From an uncultured Acidobacteriota bacterium (lineage in GTDB: Bacteria; Acidobacteriota; Thermoanaerobaculia; Multivoradales; JAHEKO01): a stretch of 64,000 nt of DNA. Positions 1-9,356 of this stretch are shown here, piece after piece. Position numbers and translations under genes: made by a program. The stretch lies in contig CAVQNG010000025.1 of NCBI GenBank assembly GCA_963713825.1, forward strand, positions 96,001 to 160,000, given 5' to 3'. Every line of letters begins with the position of its first letter. Positions within the stretch are counted from its first letter, which is position 1. Under the pieces are notes generated by a model. It had not been told where the DNA came from and made no database searches. It saw nothing but the letters and a program-made list of their open reading frames with translations.

Positions 1-1
1 C

Positions 2-286
2 GGAATCCCCGTCTTGCCGGTCGTGGAGCCCGATGGTCGCAGCACCGCTCGTCAGATGATGCTGTACGGTGCGGCACTTCTTCCCGTGAGTCTGCTGCCG
101 ACGGTACTGGGATTGACTGGCGGCACCTACTTCATCGGGACGCTGGCTCTGGGATGTTTCTTCCTCGCGGTCTGCGTGTCGTTCGCGCTGTCATTCTCGA
201 CCGGTGCAGCTCGCAGAGTGCTGCTGGTATCGGTGCTGTATCTTCCGGCTGTACTGGTGGTCATGGTTCTCGACCGGGTCGCCTGA
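2..286 (+). CDS. ctaB: Protoheme IX farnesyltransferase (heme o synthase), 3' part, truncated by window edge
   Basis: Frame open from base 2 (GIPVLPVVEPDG...). C-terminal TM helices with ARRVLLVSVLYL are typical of CtaB/CyoE. Lies upstream of SCO. Confidence 0.85.
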   Translation, partial: GIPVLPVVEPDGRSTARQMMLYGAALLPVSLLPTVLGLTGGTYFIGTLALGCFFLAVCVSFALSFSTGAARRVLLVSVLYLPAVLVVMVLDRVA

Positions 287-290
287 TTCC

Positions 291-1250
291 ATGTCCCGAG
301 CGCCCGAATCCGAGCCGACCCGTTTACCAGCGGTCGTGGCTCGGGATTTGAGCTTCTCCTACGGTCAAAGGCTGGCCCTGGACAGGGTCGGATTCGAAGT
401 CCGGGTCGGTGAGATCTATGGCTTTCTGGGCCCCAATGGGGGTGGGAAAACGACCCTCTTTCGAATTCTGGCCACCTTGCTCGAGCCGGACCAGGGCACG
501 ATTGCTGTTTTCGGCGACGACATCGCCACGGCGGCGGCGCTCGTTCGTCTCCAGCTCGGAGTGGTATTCCAGTCACCCAGCGTGGATGAGCAGCTAACGG
601 TTGGCGAGAACCTGATCCACCAGGGTCACCTCTATGGACTCCGTGGCACGAAGCTGAGCGGAAGGATTGCCTCTCTTCTGGAGAGGTTCTCGATCGCCGA
701 CCGTCGGGACGACAGGGTCAAGGCTCTGTCTGGAGGGCTCCGGCGCAGAGTGGAGATTGCGAAGGCCCTGCTTCACCGCCCGCGGTTACTGTTACTGGAT
801 GAGCCGAGCACGGGGTTGGATCCAGGGGCCCGCCGGGACGTCTGGGAGGTTCTCGAGGAGCTGCGGTCTTCCCATGAGGTGACCATCATGCTCACCACCC
901 ACTTCATGGAGGAAGGTGATCGGTGTGATCGCCTGGCTCTCGTCGAGCGAGGAATGTTGGTGGCTGAGGGGACGCCGGAGGGCTTGAAGGGAGAGATCGG
1001 GGGCGAAGTTGTCCTGATCTCGACGGACGATCCCGAGGCTCTCTCGCGGGAGATCCAGGATCACATGAACCTGAAGGCCTCCGTTCAGGGCTCTCGGGTG
1101 CGGCTCGAGGACGATCGCGCCCACAGCTTCATCGCGCAGCTGGTCGAGTCCTTCCCTGATCGAATCGATTCGTTGAGTCTGTCGAAGCCCACTCTCGAGG
1201 ATGTCTTCCTTCATCGGACGGGCCGAGGTCTCTGGGAGGACGCGGAGTGA
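291..1250 (+). CDS. ABC-2 type transporter ATP-binding protein
   Basis: Walker A GPNGGGKT, signature LSGG, Walker B LLLLDEP. ATG at 291 follows the ctaB stop. Confidence 0.93.
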   Translation: MSRAPESEPTRLPAVVARDLSFSYGQRLALDRVGFEVRVGEIYGFLGPNGGGKTTLFRILATLLEPDQGTIAVFGDDIATAAALVRLQLGVVFQSPSVDEQLTVGENLIHQGHLYGLRGTKLSGRIASLLERFSIADRRDDRVKALSGGLRRRVEIAKALLHRPRLLLLDEPSTGLDPGARRDVWEVLEELRSSHEVTIMLTTHFMEEGDRCDRLALVERGMLVAEGTPEGLKGEIGGEVVLISTDDPEALSREIQDHMNLKASVQGSRVRLEDDRAHSFIAQLVESFPDRIDSLSLSKPTLEDVFLHRTGRGLWEDAE

Positions 1251-2029
1251 GCGATATTTTGGCAGCGACGACTCTCTGGCACCGCGAACTCGTGCGGTTT
1301 CACCGTCAGCCGGCTCGCGTGCTGGGCGCGATAGGCATGCCACTGTTGTTCTGGGCACTCATCGGGAGTGGTTTATCCAGCTCGTTCAGGCTCCCCGGCG
1401 GACCGGAGGATCTGGACTACCTGGAGTACTTCTTCCCGGGAACGATCGTGATGCTGGTTCTGTTCGCCGCCATCTTCTCGACGTTCTCGGTGATCGACGA
1501 TCGAAACGAGGGATTCCTTCAGGGGGTTCTGGTGGCGCCCGTGCGGCGCTCGGCGCTGGTTGCGGGAAAGGTCCTAGGAGGGGCAACCCTGGCCTGGATC
1601 CAGGGGATGTTGTTTCTGTTGCTCGCGCCAGTCGCTGGCATCCGTATGACTCTACGCTCGGTGCTCGGGGTTGGGGTCGTGGTGGCGGTAATGGCCATCG
1701 CTCTGACCGCCTTCGGGTTCGCCTTTGCCTGGCGCATGAACTCAACCCAGGGCTTTCATGCCGTGATGAACCTGGTTCTGATGCCCATGTGGTTCCTGTC
1801 TGGCGCCATCTTCCCGTTGTCTGGAGCCCCGACTTGGCTCGAGTGGGTGATGCGCCTCAACCCGCTGACCTACGGCACCGCAGCCTTGCGCCAGGTGCTC
1901 TACGGTGATCTGCTACAAGCTGGGCCGAGCTTGCCATCTATGGGACTCTGTCTAGCTGTCATGCTGGTCTGGGCTGCTGCGGCCCTCGCCGTAGACGTGT
2001 GGTTGGTGAGGAGGACGGGATCGAAATGA
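1247..2029 (+). CDS. ABC-2 type transporter permease
   Basis: About 6 TM segments, FLSGAIFP and NPLTY motifs. GTGA overlap with the ATPase gene. Confidence 0.92.
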   Translation: MSDILAATTLWHRELVRFHRQPARVLGAIGMPLLFWALIGSGLSSSFRLPGGPEDLDYLEYFFPGTIVMLVLFAAIFSTFSVIDDRNEGFLQGVLVAPVRRSALVAGKVLGGATLAWIQGMLFLLLAPVAGIRMTLRSVLGVGVVVAVMAIALTAFGFAFAWRMNSTQGFHAVMNLVLMPMWFLSGAIFPLSGAPTWLEWVMRLNPLTYGTAALRQVLYGDLLQAGPSLPSMGLCLAVMLVWAAAALAVDVWLVRRTGSK

Positions 2030-2667
2030 GCCAGACAGAAGGCACCCCCATGCGAAGGACACTGCTCTGGGGCCTCCTTGTTGCCGTGATCCTGGCAGTT
2101 CTCGTCACCACCCTGATGGCTCCCCGGTGGCGAGGCGTCGGTAGTCCCGAGCCGCCTCCCGTCCTCGGCCCGGCACCGGAGTTTCAATTGACCAACCGTG
2201 ACGGCAGAGTCGTCGATAGCTCGGAGCTGCAGGGATCTCCCTGGGTGGCCGATTTCATCTTCACCCGTTGTGCCCTGAGCTGCCCTCGCATGACGGAGCG
2301 CATGCTGAGTCTAGAGACGATGCAGCCGAGCGGCTTGCGAAGGGTTTCATTCAGTGTCGACCCGGACTACGACTCGCCGCAGGTGTTGCAGCTCTACGCC
2401 GACTCTTGGGGCATCGCCGACTCCGATTGGTTGTTTCTGACCGGTGAGAAGGAATCCATCCGCCAACTGGTCACCGCAGGTTTCAAGCTCGGCTTGGACG
2501 ATGAACCACCAGTTGGTGCTGCAAGTCCTGAGGAGCCTATTCTGCACAGTACGCGTTTCGTCCTGGTGGACGGCGCTGGTGCCATCCGTGGGTACTATGA
2601 CGCCTTCCGCCCCGCAGAGCTGAGCCGGTTGGCCCTGGACTACCAGGCAATCGCCGCTGAGTATTGA
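2026..2667 (+). CDS. SCO1/SenC family copper chaperone
   Basis: N-terminal TM, FTRCALSCP (CxxxC), SVDPDYD, ILHSTRFVLVD. ATGA overlap. Confidence 0.93.
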   Translation: MSQTEGTPMRRTLLWGLLVAVILAVLVTTLMAPRWRGVGSPEPPPVLGPAPEFQLTNRDGRVVDSSELQGSPWVADFIFTRCALSCPRMTERMLSLETMQPSGLRRVSFSVDPDYDSPQVLQLYADSWGIADSDWLFLTGEKESIRQLVTAGFKLGLDDEPPVGAASPEEPILHSTRFVLVDGAGAIRGYYDAFRPAELSRLALDYQAIAAEY

Positions 2668-2738
2668 GAGCTGAACTCTTGGCCGGAGCGGCAATGAATC
2701 GCGACGATGAGGGACTGTGTTTGGGAGCGTAGTGAGAA

Positions 2739-3284
2739 ATGTCTACGACTCGATCGAGTGGCGGCGGGCAGTCTTGGGTAGTGGAGGTGCGAAGCATGAG
2801 GGTGGGAGCCGTCTTGTCGCTTCTGACGCTGCTCCTGGGCTTCAGCCTGGGTGGGATCTTCGGATTGTTCGAGGACTCTCTCAAAGCGGGGTTCGAGAAG
2901 ACGGCCCTGCAGACCTTGGCTTCCGAGCCCGACCCCGAGGCTGCCGCAGAGAGGCTCTCGGGGCGCTCGTGGAGCTGCATGAAACGATCCCATCTGCATG
3001 CCAACGGCCTGGGTACATCGGCCCTGGTGCTGATGCTTCTGACGACTGGAATGACCAGTGGAGCCGGCCTGAAACGCCTGGCAGGCTACTTGCTGGGCAT
3101 AGGTGCGCTTGGCTATTCCCTCTTCTGGATGCTGGCAGCCTTTCGAGCCCCGGCACTTGGCAGCACGGACCTGGCCAAGGAGTCGCTGAACTGGTTGGCA
3201 ATGCCCACTGCGGCGTGCTGCCTGCTCGGTCTTGTCCTGGTGCTGGTGATGGTGGTGAGAACGCTCTTCAGAGCCGCCGAGTGA
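2739..3284 (+). CDS. Hypothetical 4-TM membrane protein with HLH motif
   Basis: Four hydrophobic segments, RSHLHANG. Co-oriented after SCO. Confidence 0.7.
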   Translation: MSTTRSSGGGQSWVVEVRSMRVGAVLSLLTLLLGFSLGGIFGLFEDSLKAGFEKTALQTLASEPDPEAAAERLSGRSWSCMKRSHLHANGLGTSALVLMLLTTGMTSGAGLKRLAGYLLGIGALGYSLFWMLAAFRAPALGSTDLAKESLNWLAMPTAACCLLGLVLVLVMVVRTLFRAAE

Positions 3285-3315
3285 GGTGGCAGGCCGGCTT
3301 CAGCCCGGTAGGCCT

Positions 3316-5616
3316 CTAGTTGACATAGCCGAGGGCCTCCAATTGCTCCTCGATCTCGGCGTCCAGTTCCTCGATTTTTTCGGGGGCCGAGTCTCCCAGT
3401 AGCAACTCCTGGTTGAAGATCGCCTGACGCTGCACTGCCTGGCGCAGGTACAGCGCGCGCATTGGAAGCTCACCTGAAAGGTCCGTGTTCTCACCAGGAT
3501 CGCTGTCGATCTGGAAGAGACGGCTCTTACCTTTGAGGGGATCGAAGAGGATCTTCCACCCTCCTGTCTGGAGCATTTGTAGAGGTCGTGGCGGCTTCTG
3601 GTAGCTGTCCACTCGTCGCGTCGTCGCCCACAGTGGCCCGTGGCGGTCGGCCGACTCGAAGACGACAGGAAGGAGGCTGCGGCCCTGGTAGCCAGCTTGC
3701 TGGGTTGGAACGGCCAGACCATCGACCAGCGTGGGCAGGACGTCGACGAGACTGATCGGCTGGTCCACCTGTGCCATGAAACCGCGGGCCTCCCGAGGCC
3801 ACTTGATGACCAAGGGAACATGCAGGAACTCTCGGAAGAGCATTCGAGAGTGGAGGAACCGGTCGTGCTCCAGGAAGGCCTCACCATGATCGGACAGCAG
3901 AATCACCAGGGTGTCCTCGTAGCGATCCGCAGCGTCGAGTATCGATAGCAAGGCGCCGACCTGGGAATCGGCGAAAGCGACATTCTCGTCATATCGATCC
4001 CGAATGAACCGTCGGTCCTCCTCGGATAGCACCTCGAGATTTCGCCGCTGCGGGAACTCGCCGAGAAAGTTCGCCTGCGGAACAACAGTGCCCGTATACC
4101 AGGAGCTGTAGAGACCTCGGTAGGGCAGAGGTGGTGTATAGGGGGCGTGTGGCGGGATCAGATGTACGAATGCGAATGTCGGCTGCTTCTCAGAGAGTAA
4201 CTCCTGTCGGGATGGAAGAGCCCCATAGTCCCGGAACTCGGAGCGATAGAACTCCTGAAAGCCCCGTTTCAAGTCTCGCTGGTAGTCATAGAAAGGGTGT
4301 TGAGTCCAGAGCACGGTGCGGTATCCGACTCGAGACAGCAGCTCGGCCATGGTGTTGACTTTGGAAGGCAGAGGACTTCCCCAAGGCCCAACCCGCAGCG
4401 TATCGGGATAGAGCCCGGTAAAGACCGACGGAATCGATTGTCCGGTCCAGGATGAAGCGGCCATCGCCTCTTGGAAGACTGTGCCTTCTGCAGCGAGCCG
4501 TGCAGTGTTCGGAGTCGGACGCTCGCCACCGAAGGGGGAGAAGGCGTCGGCTCGTGCCGCGTCGAGTAGGACGATGAGTACATCCGGGCGACCCAATCGG
4601 CCCGACGATGGCGCCGGAAGGCTCCGAATCAGATCGATGTCAGCTGGTCGGGGCTGTCCAGGCTGGCCTTCCACGACAGCCCAGCTCCAAGAGACCACAG
4701 CGTTGCCGGGTCCTCCAACGCCGAGTCGCAACTGAACCGGCTGACCTTGCCACCGCCCGAGGTCGACGGCGAAGTCATGTTCGCCGGAAGAATCCGTGAC
4801 CCGTTCTTGCGCCAGATGGTGCTCTTCGAGCCCTTGATCCACGAGCTTCGCGTAGACCAGGACAGGTTCGACGTCTGCCCCTGGAGGACGAAGAACCTTG
4901 AAACGAGCCCTGAGGCGAGGCCGCTCGGGCAGCTCGGTAACGACTTCGAGCCAACCCGGAGATGGAATCTGGAAGGTGTCTCGACCCGATGCCTCCTCAG
5001 CGTCGTTGGCGAGCTGGATGCTGCTTGGTCGCTGCGGCCACACTCCTCGTTCGTTGGCAGCAACCAGGCGGAGGCGGCGCATTTTTGGTCTGAGCCTGTG
5101 GCGCAACTTCTGGAACTTCGGGGGGTGCGGAATCCGGAATTCCAATCGGTTGCGTCCTTCGCGGATCACACCGCTGGGAATCTCTACTCGATGTCGCTCC
5201 CACTGCCGGGTCAGGGGCAGATCGACGAGAGCTCGATCGTTCAAGGTCAATACCAAAGGAGTCTTCTTGAGTCGCCCTTTGCCGACGACCGAGACTTCGA
5301 TTTCGAATGCCACCGTGTCGCCGTCGGCTGAGAAGAAGAAGAGCCGAGCGGTCGGTACCTCCATCTCGAAGGCCGCTCGATCCGGGTCGTTGGCGTGCAC
5401 GTGGCGCCACCCGTAGCCCAGGTTGTCCAGGCCGGATTGTCGTGGGGCGGAGATCAGATCGGTAGAGAAATTACCCGATTGGTGCCAAATCTCGTCAGCG
5501 AAATCCAGCCAGACCCTGTCCGGTGTTGGTGGTCGGTCACGACAGCCGGCCAGGGTCAGCGCCAGGCAGACGAGGCAGATCCCAAAACGTGCTTGCCTTT
5601 GAGCGAGTGGAAACAT
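3316..5616 (-). CDS. Sulfatase-like hydrolase/transferase (alkaline phosphatase superfamily), probable lipoprotein
   Basis: Lipobox LAGC, LLDAARAD, SDHGE, C-terminal LEALGY. Confidence 0.85.
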   Translation of the reverse strand: MFPLAQRQARFGICLVCLALTLAGCRDRPPTPDRVWLDFADEIWHQSGNFSTDLISAPRQSGLDNLGYGWRHVHANDPDRAAFEMEVPTARLFFFSADGDTVAFEIEVSVVGKGRLKKTPLVLTLNDRALVDLPLTRQWERHRVEIPSGVIREGRNRLEFRIPHPPKFQKLRHRLRPKMRRLRLVAANERGVWPQRPSSIQLANDAEEASGRDTFQIPSPGWLEVVTELPERPRLRARFKVLRPPGADVEPVLVYAKLVDQGLEEHHLAQERVTDSSGEHDFAVDLGRWQGQPVQLRLGVGGPGNAVVSWSWAVVEGQPGQPRPADIDLIRSLPAPSSGRLGRPDVLIVLLDAARADAFSPFGGERPTPNTARLAAEGTVFQEAMAASSWTGQSIPSVFTGLYPDTLRVGPWGSPLPSKVNTMAELLSRVGYRTVLWTQHPFYDYQRDLKRGFQEFYRSEFRDYGALPSRQELLSEKQPTFAFVHLIPPHAPYTPPLPYRGLYSSWYTGTVVPQANFLGEFPQRRNLEVLSEEDRRFIRDRYDENVAFADSQVGALLSILDAADRYEDTLVILLSDHGEAFLEHDRFLHSRMLFREFLHVPLVIKWPREARGFMAQVDQPISLVDVLPTLVDGLAVPTQQAGYQGRSLLPVVFESADRHGPLWATTRRVDSYQKPPRPLQMLQTGGWKILFDPLKGKSRLFQIDSDPGENTDLSGELPMRALYLRQAVQRQAIFNQELLLGDSAPEKIEELDAEIEEQLEALGYVN

Positions 5617-5769
5617 GGCCTGAGTGGTCGCGTAGGCGAAAGAGGCGCCTGGTTGCGGCAGCCGAGCGGCGCGATGCTAGCACGCGTGCGAAGGTGTTTG
5701 GCGGGTGGTAGCCTCTGGCTCTCCGCCCGCTTCGCAGCGGCGACATGATTTCGATACGGGGACTGATTG

Positions 5770-6942
5770 ATGGCCGACTACTCACTGCGATTCAAGACAC
5801 TCGACACCAACCTGGTCCACGCGGGTCGACCCCATCCCTCCATCGAGGGCGCCGTGGTGACCCCGATTTTCCAATCGGCGAACTATGAGATGGGCGACGA
5901 AGCCACCTACGACGCTGTGCGCTACATTCGGCTGAGTAACTCGCCGAACCATCACGCCCTGCAGGCACGTCTGGCAGTCGCCGAATCAGCCGAGGCTGCA
6001 CTGGTGACAGCCAGTGGAATGGCAGCGATCTCGACTGCGATCTTGTCCCATGTGCAGTCCGGCGAGCACGTCTTGACCCAGCGCACGCTCTACGGCGGGA
6101 CCCAGAGCTTTCTCCATCAAGATGCCTCGAGACTCGGAATCTCTCACACCGCGATCGACATTGCAGACCCGGCAGGTGCTCGCTCTTGGGAACTCGCCCT
6201 GACTTCGCAGACTCGACTGATCTACGTAGAGTCCATATCGAATCCTTTGATGGAAGTCGGCGATCTGGAAGCGGTGGTGGCCTTTGCCCGGGAGCGCGGA
6301 TTGGTCACCGTAATCGACAACACGTTCGCCACGCCCGTCAACTTTCGACCGCTCGAGCTGGGGTTCGATCTGGTGGTCCACAGTGCGACCAAGTACTTGA
6401 ATGGTCACAGTGATCTGGTTGCAGGAGCCGTAATCGGTTCGATGACTGCAGTGGATCGGGTGCGCCACGTGTTGCTCCATCTGGGCGGCTCGCTCGACCC
6501 CAATACGTGTTTTCTTTTGGAGAGAGGTCTGAAGACCCTCGCTTTGCGGGTCCAAAGGCAAAATGAGACGGCTGCGAGGCTAGCGCGGTTTCTCGAACAA
6601 CAGCCGGCAGTGCGTCATGTGAACTACCCCGGTCTGGTGTCGAATCCAGGCCATCGCTACGCTGCCCGGCTCTTTTCGGGTTTCGGTGGGATGCTCTCGA
6701 TCTACCTCCAGGACGCCAGGCTGGCCGAGCGCTTCTTGGAGCGACTGACTCTGCCGATTCACGCTGCAAGCTTGGGAGGTGTCGAGTCCCTGGTAGTTCG
6801 CCCGGCGCGCAGCTCGCACCTCGGTCTCGAGCCGGCAGAGCGAGAGCGATTGGGCATCACCGATGATCTGATCCGGGTCTCGGTAGGTATCGAGGATGCC
6901 GAGGAGTTGATGGCTGACTTCGAGCAGGCGCTGGCCGATTGA
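5770..6942 (+). CDS. Cys/Met metabolism PLP-dependent enzyme (cystathionine gamma-synthase/lyase family)
   Basis: ASGMAAI, DNTFATP, HSATKYLNGHSD (PLP Lys), SLGGVESL, IRVSVGIED. Confidence 0.93.
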   Translation: MADYSLRFKTLDTNLVHAGRPHPSIEGAVVTPIFQSANYEMGDEATYDAVRYIRLSNSPNHHALQARLAVAESAEAALVTASGMAAISTAILSHVQSGEHVLTQRTLYGGTQSFLHQDASRLGISHTAIDIADPAGARSWELALTSQTRLIYVESISNPLMEVGDLEAVVAFARERGLVTVIDNTFATPVNFRPLELGFDLVVHSATKYLNGHSDLVAGAVIGSMTAVDRVRHVLLHLGGSLDPNTCFLLERGLKTLALRVQRQNETAARLARFLEQQPAVRHVNYPGLVSNPGHRYAARLFSGFGGMLSIYLQDARLAERFLERLTLPIHAASLGGVESLVVRPARSSHLGLEPAERERLGITDDLIRVSVGIEDAEELMADFEQALAD

Positions 6943-6981
6943 TGGGCACCGATCCTTCCGACCAAAACTGAGGACGAGCGA

Positions 6982-7554
6982 TTGACGAATCGATGTGATT
7001 GGGCCGGCAGCGATCCTCTGATGATCGAGTATCACGACCATGAGTGGGGTGTACCGGTACATGACGACAGGAAGCACTTCGAGTTCCTGGTCCTGGACGG
7101 TGCCCAAGCAGGGCTCTCCTGGTCCACGGTCCTGAAGAAGAGGGCTCGCTACAGAGAGGTCTTCGACGGATTTCGTCCGGAGATCGTGGCCACCTACGGC
7201 GAAGAGAGGGTCGAGGCGCTGCTGGCTGATCCGGGCATCATTCGCAACAAGCTCAAAGTCAATTCGGCGATTCGAAATGCGCGAGCGTTTCTGAAGATCC
7301 AGGAGGAGTTCGATGGCTTCGACGCCTACATCTGGCGGTTCGTGGGCGGTGAAACTCGAGTCAACAGCTGGGAGCGGATGGATCAGATCCCCGCCAGCAC
7401 CCCACAGTCCGATGCGATGAGCAAAGATCTCAAGCAGCGGGGGTTCAACTTCGTGGGGAGTACCATCTCCTACGCCTATATGCAGGCAGCCGGAATGGTG
7501 AACGATCACGTGGTGAGCTGCTTCAGATATACGGCGCTGACCTCAGAAGGCTGA
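6982..7554 (+). CDS. tag: DNA-3-methyladenine glycosylase I
   Basis: RCDWA, YHDHEWG, QAGLSW, GIIRNKLK, GMVNDH..C. Confidence 0.95.
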   Translation: MTNRCDWAGSDPLMIEYHDHEWGVPVHDDRKHFEFLVLDGAQAGLSWSTVLKKRARYREVFDGFRPEIVATYGEERVEALLADPGIIRNKLKVNSAIRNARAFLKIQEEFDGFDAYIWRFVGGETRVNSWERMDQIPASTPQSDAMSKDLKQRGFNFVGSTISYAYMQAAGMVNDHVVSCFRYTALTSEG

Positions 7555-7593
7555 AGGCCTGGACGAGATGAGGATCTCTCGAAGAGAAGAACC

Positions 7594-8220
7594 TTGACCA
7601 CCGCTGGCTGCATCTACGTCGATATCGACGATTGTCTCGCCCAGACGGCCCGGATGTTTGCAGAAGTCTTCGAGCAAGAGCACGGCAGAAGGGTCGATCT
7701 GGAGGAGATCGAGTCATTCGATCTGGGGGTCTCGCTGGGCCTGACGCCTGAGAGCCTCGACGACTTTATGAAATCTGTGCACCGCCCAGAAGTGCTGGCT
7801 GAGATCGAGCCCATGGAAGGGGCGATCGAAGCCTTGGCAGCATGGGTGGATCGGGGGTACGAGGTGGCGGTGGTGACGGGGCGACCACCAGCGACGGAGG
7901 CGGTCTCACGTCGGTGGCTGACCGAACAACGGGTGCCCCACCACTCCCTGACCTTTCTCGACAAGTACTCCTGGTCGGAAGACCTGTTCAGCGGCTCGCA
8001 GGCAATCAGCATGGATGAGCTTTCCCGCCGCTCCTTCAGCCTGGTCGTCGAGGATTCTGCCGAGGTGGCTCGGCGTCTCGCCGGCGTCCTGGAGGCGCCA
8101 GTGGCCCTGTTCGATCGGCCCTGGAATCGGAGCGCTCCGAAACCCGAAGACGAGTGGAAAGGACGGATATTTCGATGTCGGGATTGGCAGGACATCGGCG
8201 AGCGCTTCTCCCGGCCCTGA
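7594..8220 (+). CDS. HAD-superfamily 5'(3')-nucleotidase (NT5C-like)
   Basis: YVDIDD, VVTGR, VED, DRPWN. Confidence 0.75.
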   Translation: MTTAGCIYVDIDDCLAQTARMFAEVFEQEHGRRVDLEEIESFDLGVSLGLTPESLDDFMKSVHRPEVLAEIEPMEGAIEALAAWVDRGYEVAVVTGRPPATEAVSRRWLTEQRVPHHSLTFLDKYSWSEDLFSGSQAISMDELSRRSFSLVVEDSAEVARRLAGVLEAPVALFDRPWNRSAPKPEDEWKGRIFRCRDWQDIGERFSRP

Positions 8221-8876
8221 GCATCGGCTCGGTGGTCCTGTTGGCCGCGTCGATGGCACCCGGAGCCAGCTGGGCGGCCGATTCGCCAGAAACTGTCTCC
8301 TTTTCCACGGCGGACGGAGGGGAGATCCATGCTCACCTATACGGCGGGGGAGGGCACGCAGTCGTGCTCGCCCACGGCAAGGTGTTTGACAAGGAGAGCT
8401 GGCAGCCACTGGCGAGCTACTTGAGCGGCAGGGGACTCCAGGTCCTGGCCCTGGACTTCAGGGGTTACGGTGACTCGACTCCGGGTGAAGAGGAGGGGGC
8501 ACTCTGGCTGGACGTGGTGGCGGCGGCGGGTTTTCTTCGCCACCGCGGTGCCCAACGAATCTCGGCACTGGGCGCGAGCATGGGAGGTGGCGCCGTGGCT
8601 CGAGCGAGCGTCGAAGCTCCCACGGGCACCTTCTTCAAAGTGATTCTTCTGGCCGCGGCGCCAATCGCCGCGGCCGATCGAATGAAGGCGAACTCCTTCT
8701 TGTTTGTCGTCAGTCGCGAGGAGCCCCTGTTGCCGCGGGTGAGAGAACAGTTCGAGCAGGCTCCGGAGCCCAAGCGCCTCGAGATCCTCGAAAGCAGTGC
8801 CCACGCCCAGCATGTCTTCCGCACAGACCAGGCCGACGTCCTGACACAACTGATCGTCGACATGTTGGCTGATTGA
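8175..8876 (+). CDS. Secreted alpha/beta hydrolase
   Basis: Signal-like N-terminus, LAHG, DFRGYGDS, GASMGG. Start uncertain. Confidence 0.8.
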   Translation: MSGLAGHRRALLPALSIGSVVLLAASMAPGASWAADSPETVSFSTADGGEIHAHLYGGGGHAVVLAHGKVFDKESWQPLASYLSGRGLQVLALDFRGYGDSTPGEEEGALWLDVVAAAGFLRHRGAQRISALGASMGGGAVARASVEAPTGTFFKVILLAAAPIAAADRMKANSFLFVVSREEPLLPRVREQFEQAPEPKRLEILESSAHAQHVFRTDQADVLTQLIVDMLAD

Positions 8877-9149
8877 TTCACCGCACCTTGAGGTAGAACT
8901 CCTGGGTAAGAGTCCAGGATCTCTTGGAGGCCCGTCCGGGGTAGTCCGCAGGTGCTGGGCCCATGCCCATCTGGCCGTTGTCGAGGGGTCCGACGCGGGG
9001 CCCCCAGGGGGCTATCCTCCCTATCCACAGCAACCAACCCCCTGGAGGTCCCCACGCCGAACCCTGGATGTCCCTGGATCACGGGTCCCTCTAGGCCCTT
9101 ACGCCTCTGAGCCCTCATTGCTCCACTGCCTTACTGCCACAGAGGTGCC

Positions 9150-9356
9150 AGAGGTTCGTCCGGGTGGTTCGACAGGGGGTGCCGAGTCGAGCGCGGCGCA
9201 AGGACCACGAACGAGCACGACAGATGAGGCGCGATGACGAGACAAGGTGGCGACCCCCTGAATGTAGGGGAGGGGCTTGCCCCCTCCCGCGGGAGCCCGC
9301 AAGGGGCTCCTACATAGCCGACACCGTCCCGCTGCGAACCACCCGGACGAACCTCT
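9150..9356. mobile_element. MITE-like or structured cassette M bounded by perfect 22-bp inverted repeats
   Basis: AGAGGTTCGTCCGGGTGGTTCG (9150-9171) and CGAACCACCCGGACGAACCTCT (9335-9356). Homolog at 42108-42269. Mobility is inferred. Confidence 0.6.
9262..9315. repeat. Inverted GTAG-type REP doublet (REPIN-like)
   Basis: Plus strand GTAG-GGGAGGGG-CTTGC-CCCCTCCC; minus strand GTAG-GAGCCC-CTTGC-GGGCTC. Outer ATGTAGG/CCTACAT inverted. Confidence 0.75.

Noticed and set aside
9161-9180. GGTTCGA resembling a tRNA T-loop (also 42122-42128)
   Set aside because: No cloverleaf, anticodon arm or acceptor stem; it is part of the inverted-repeat arm.
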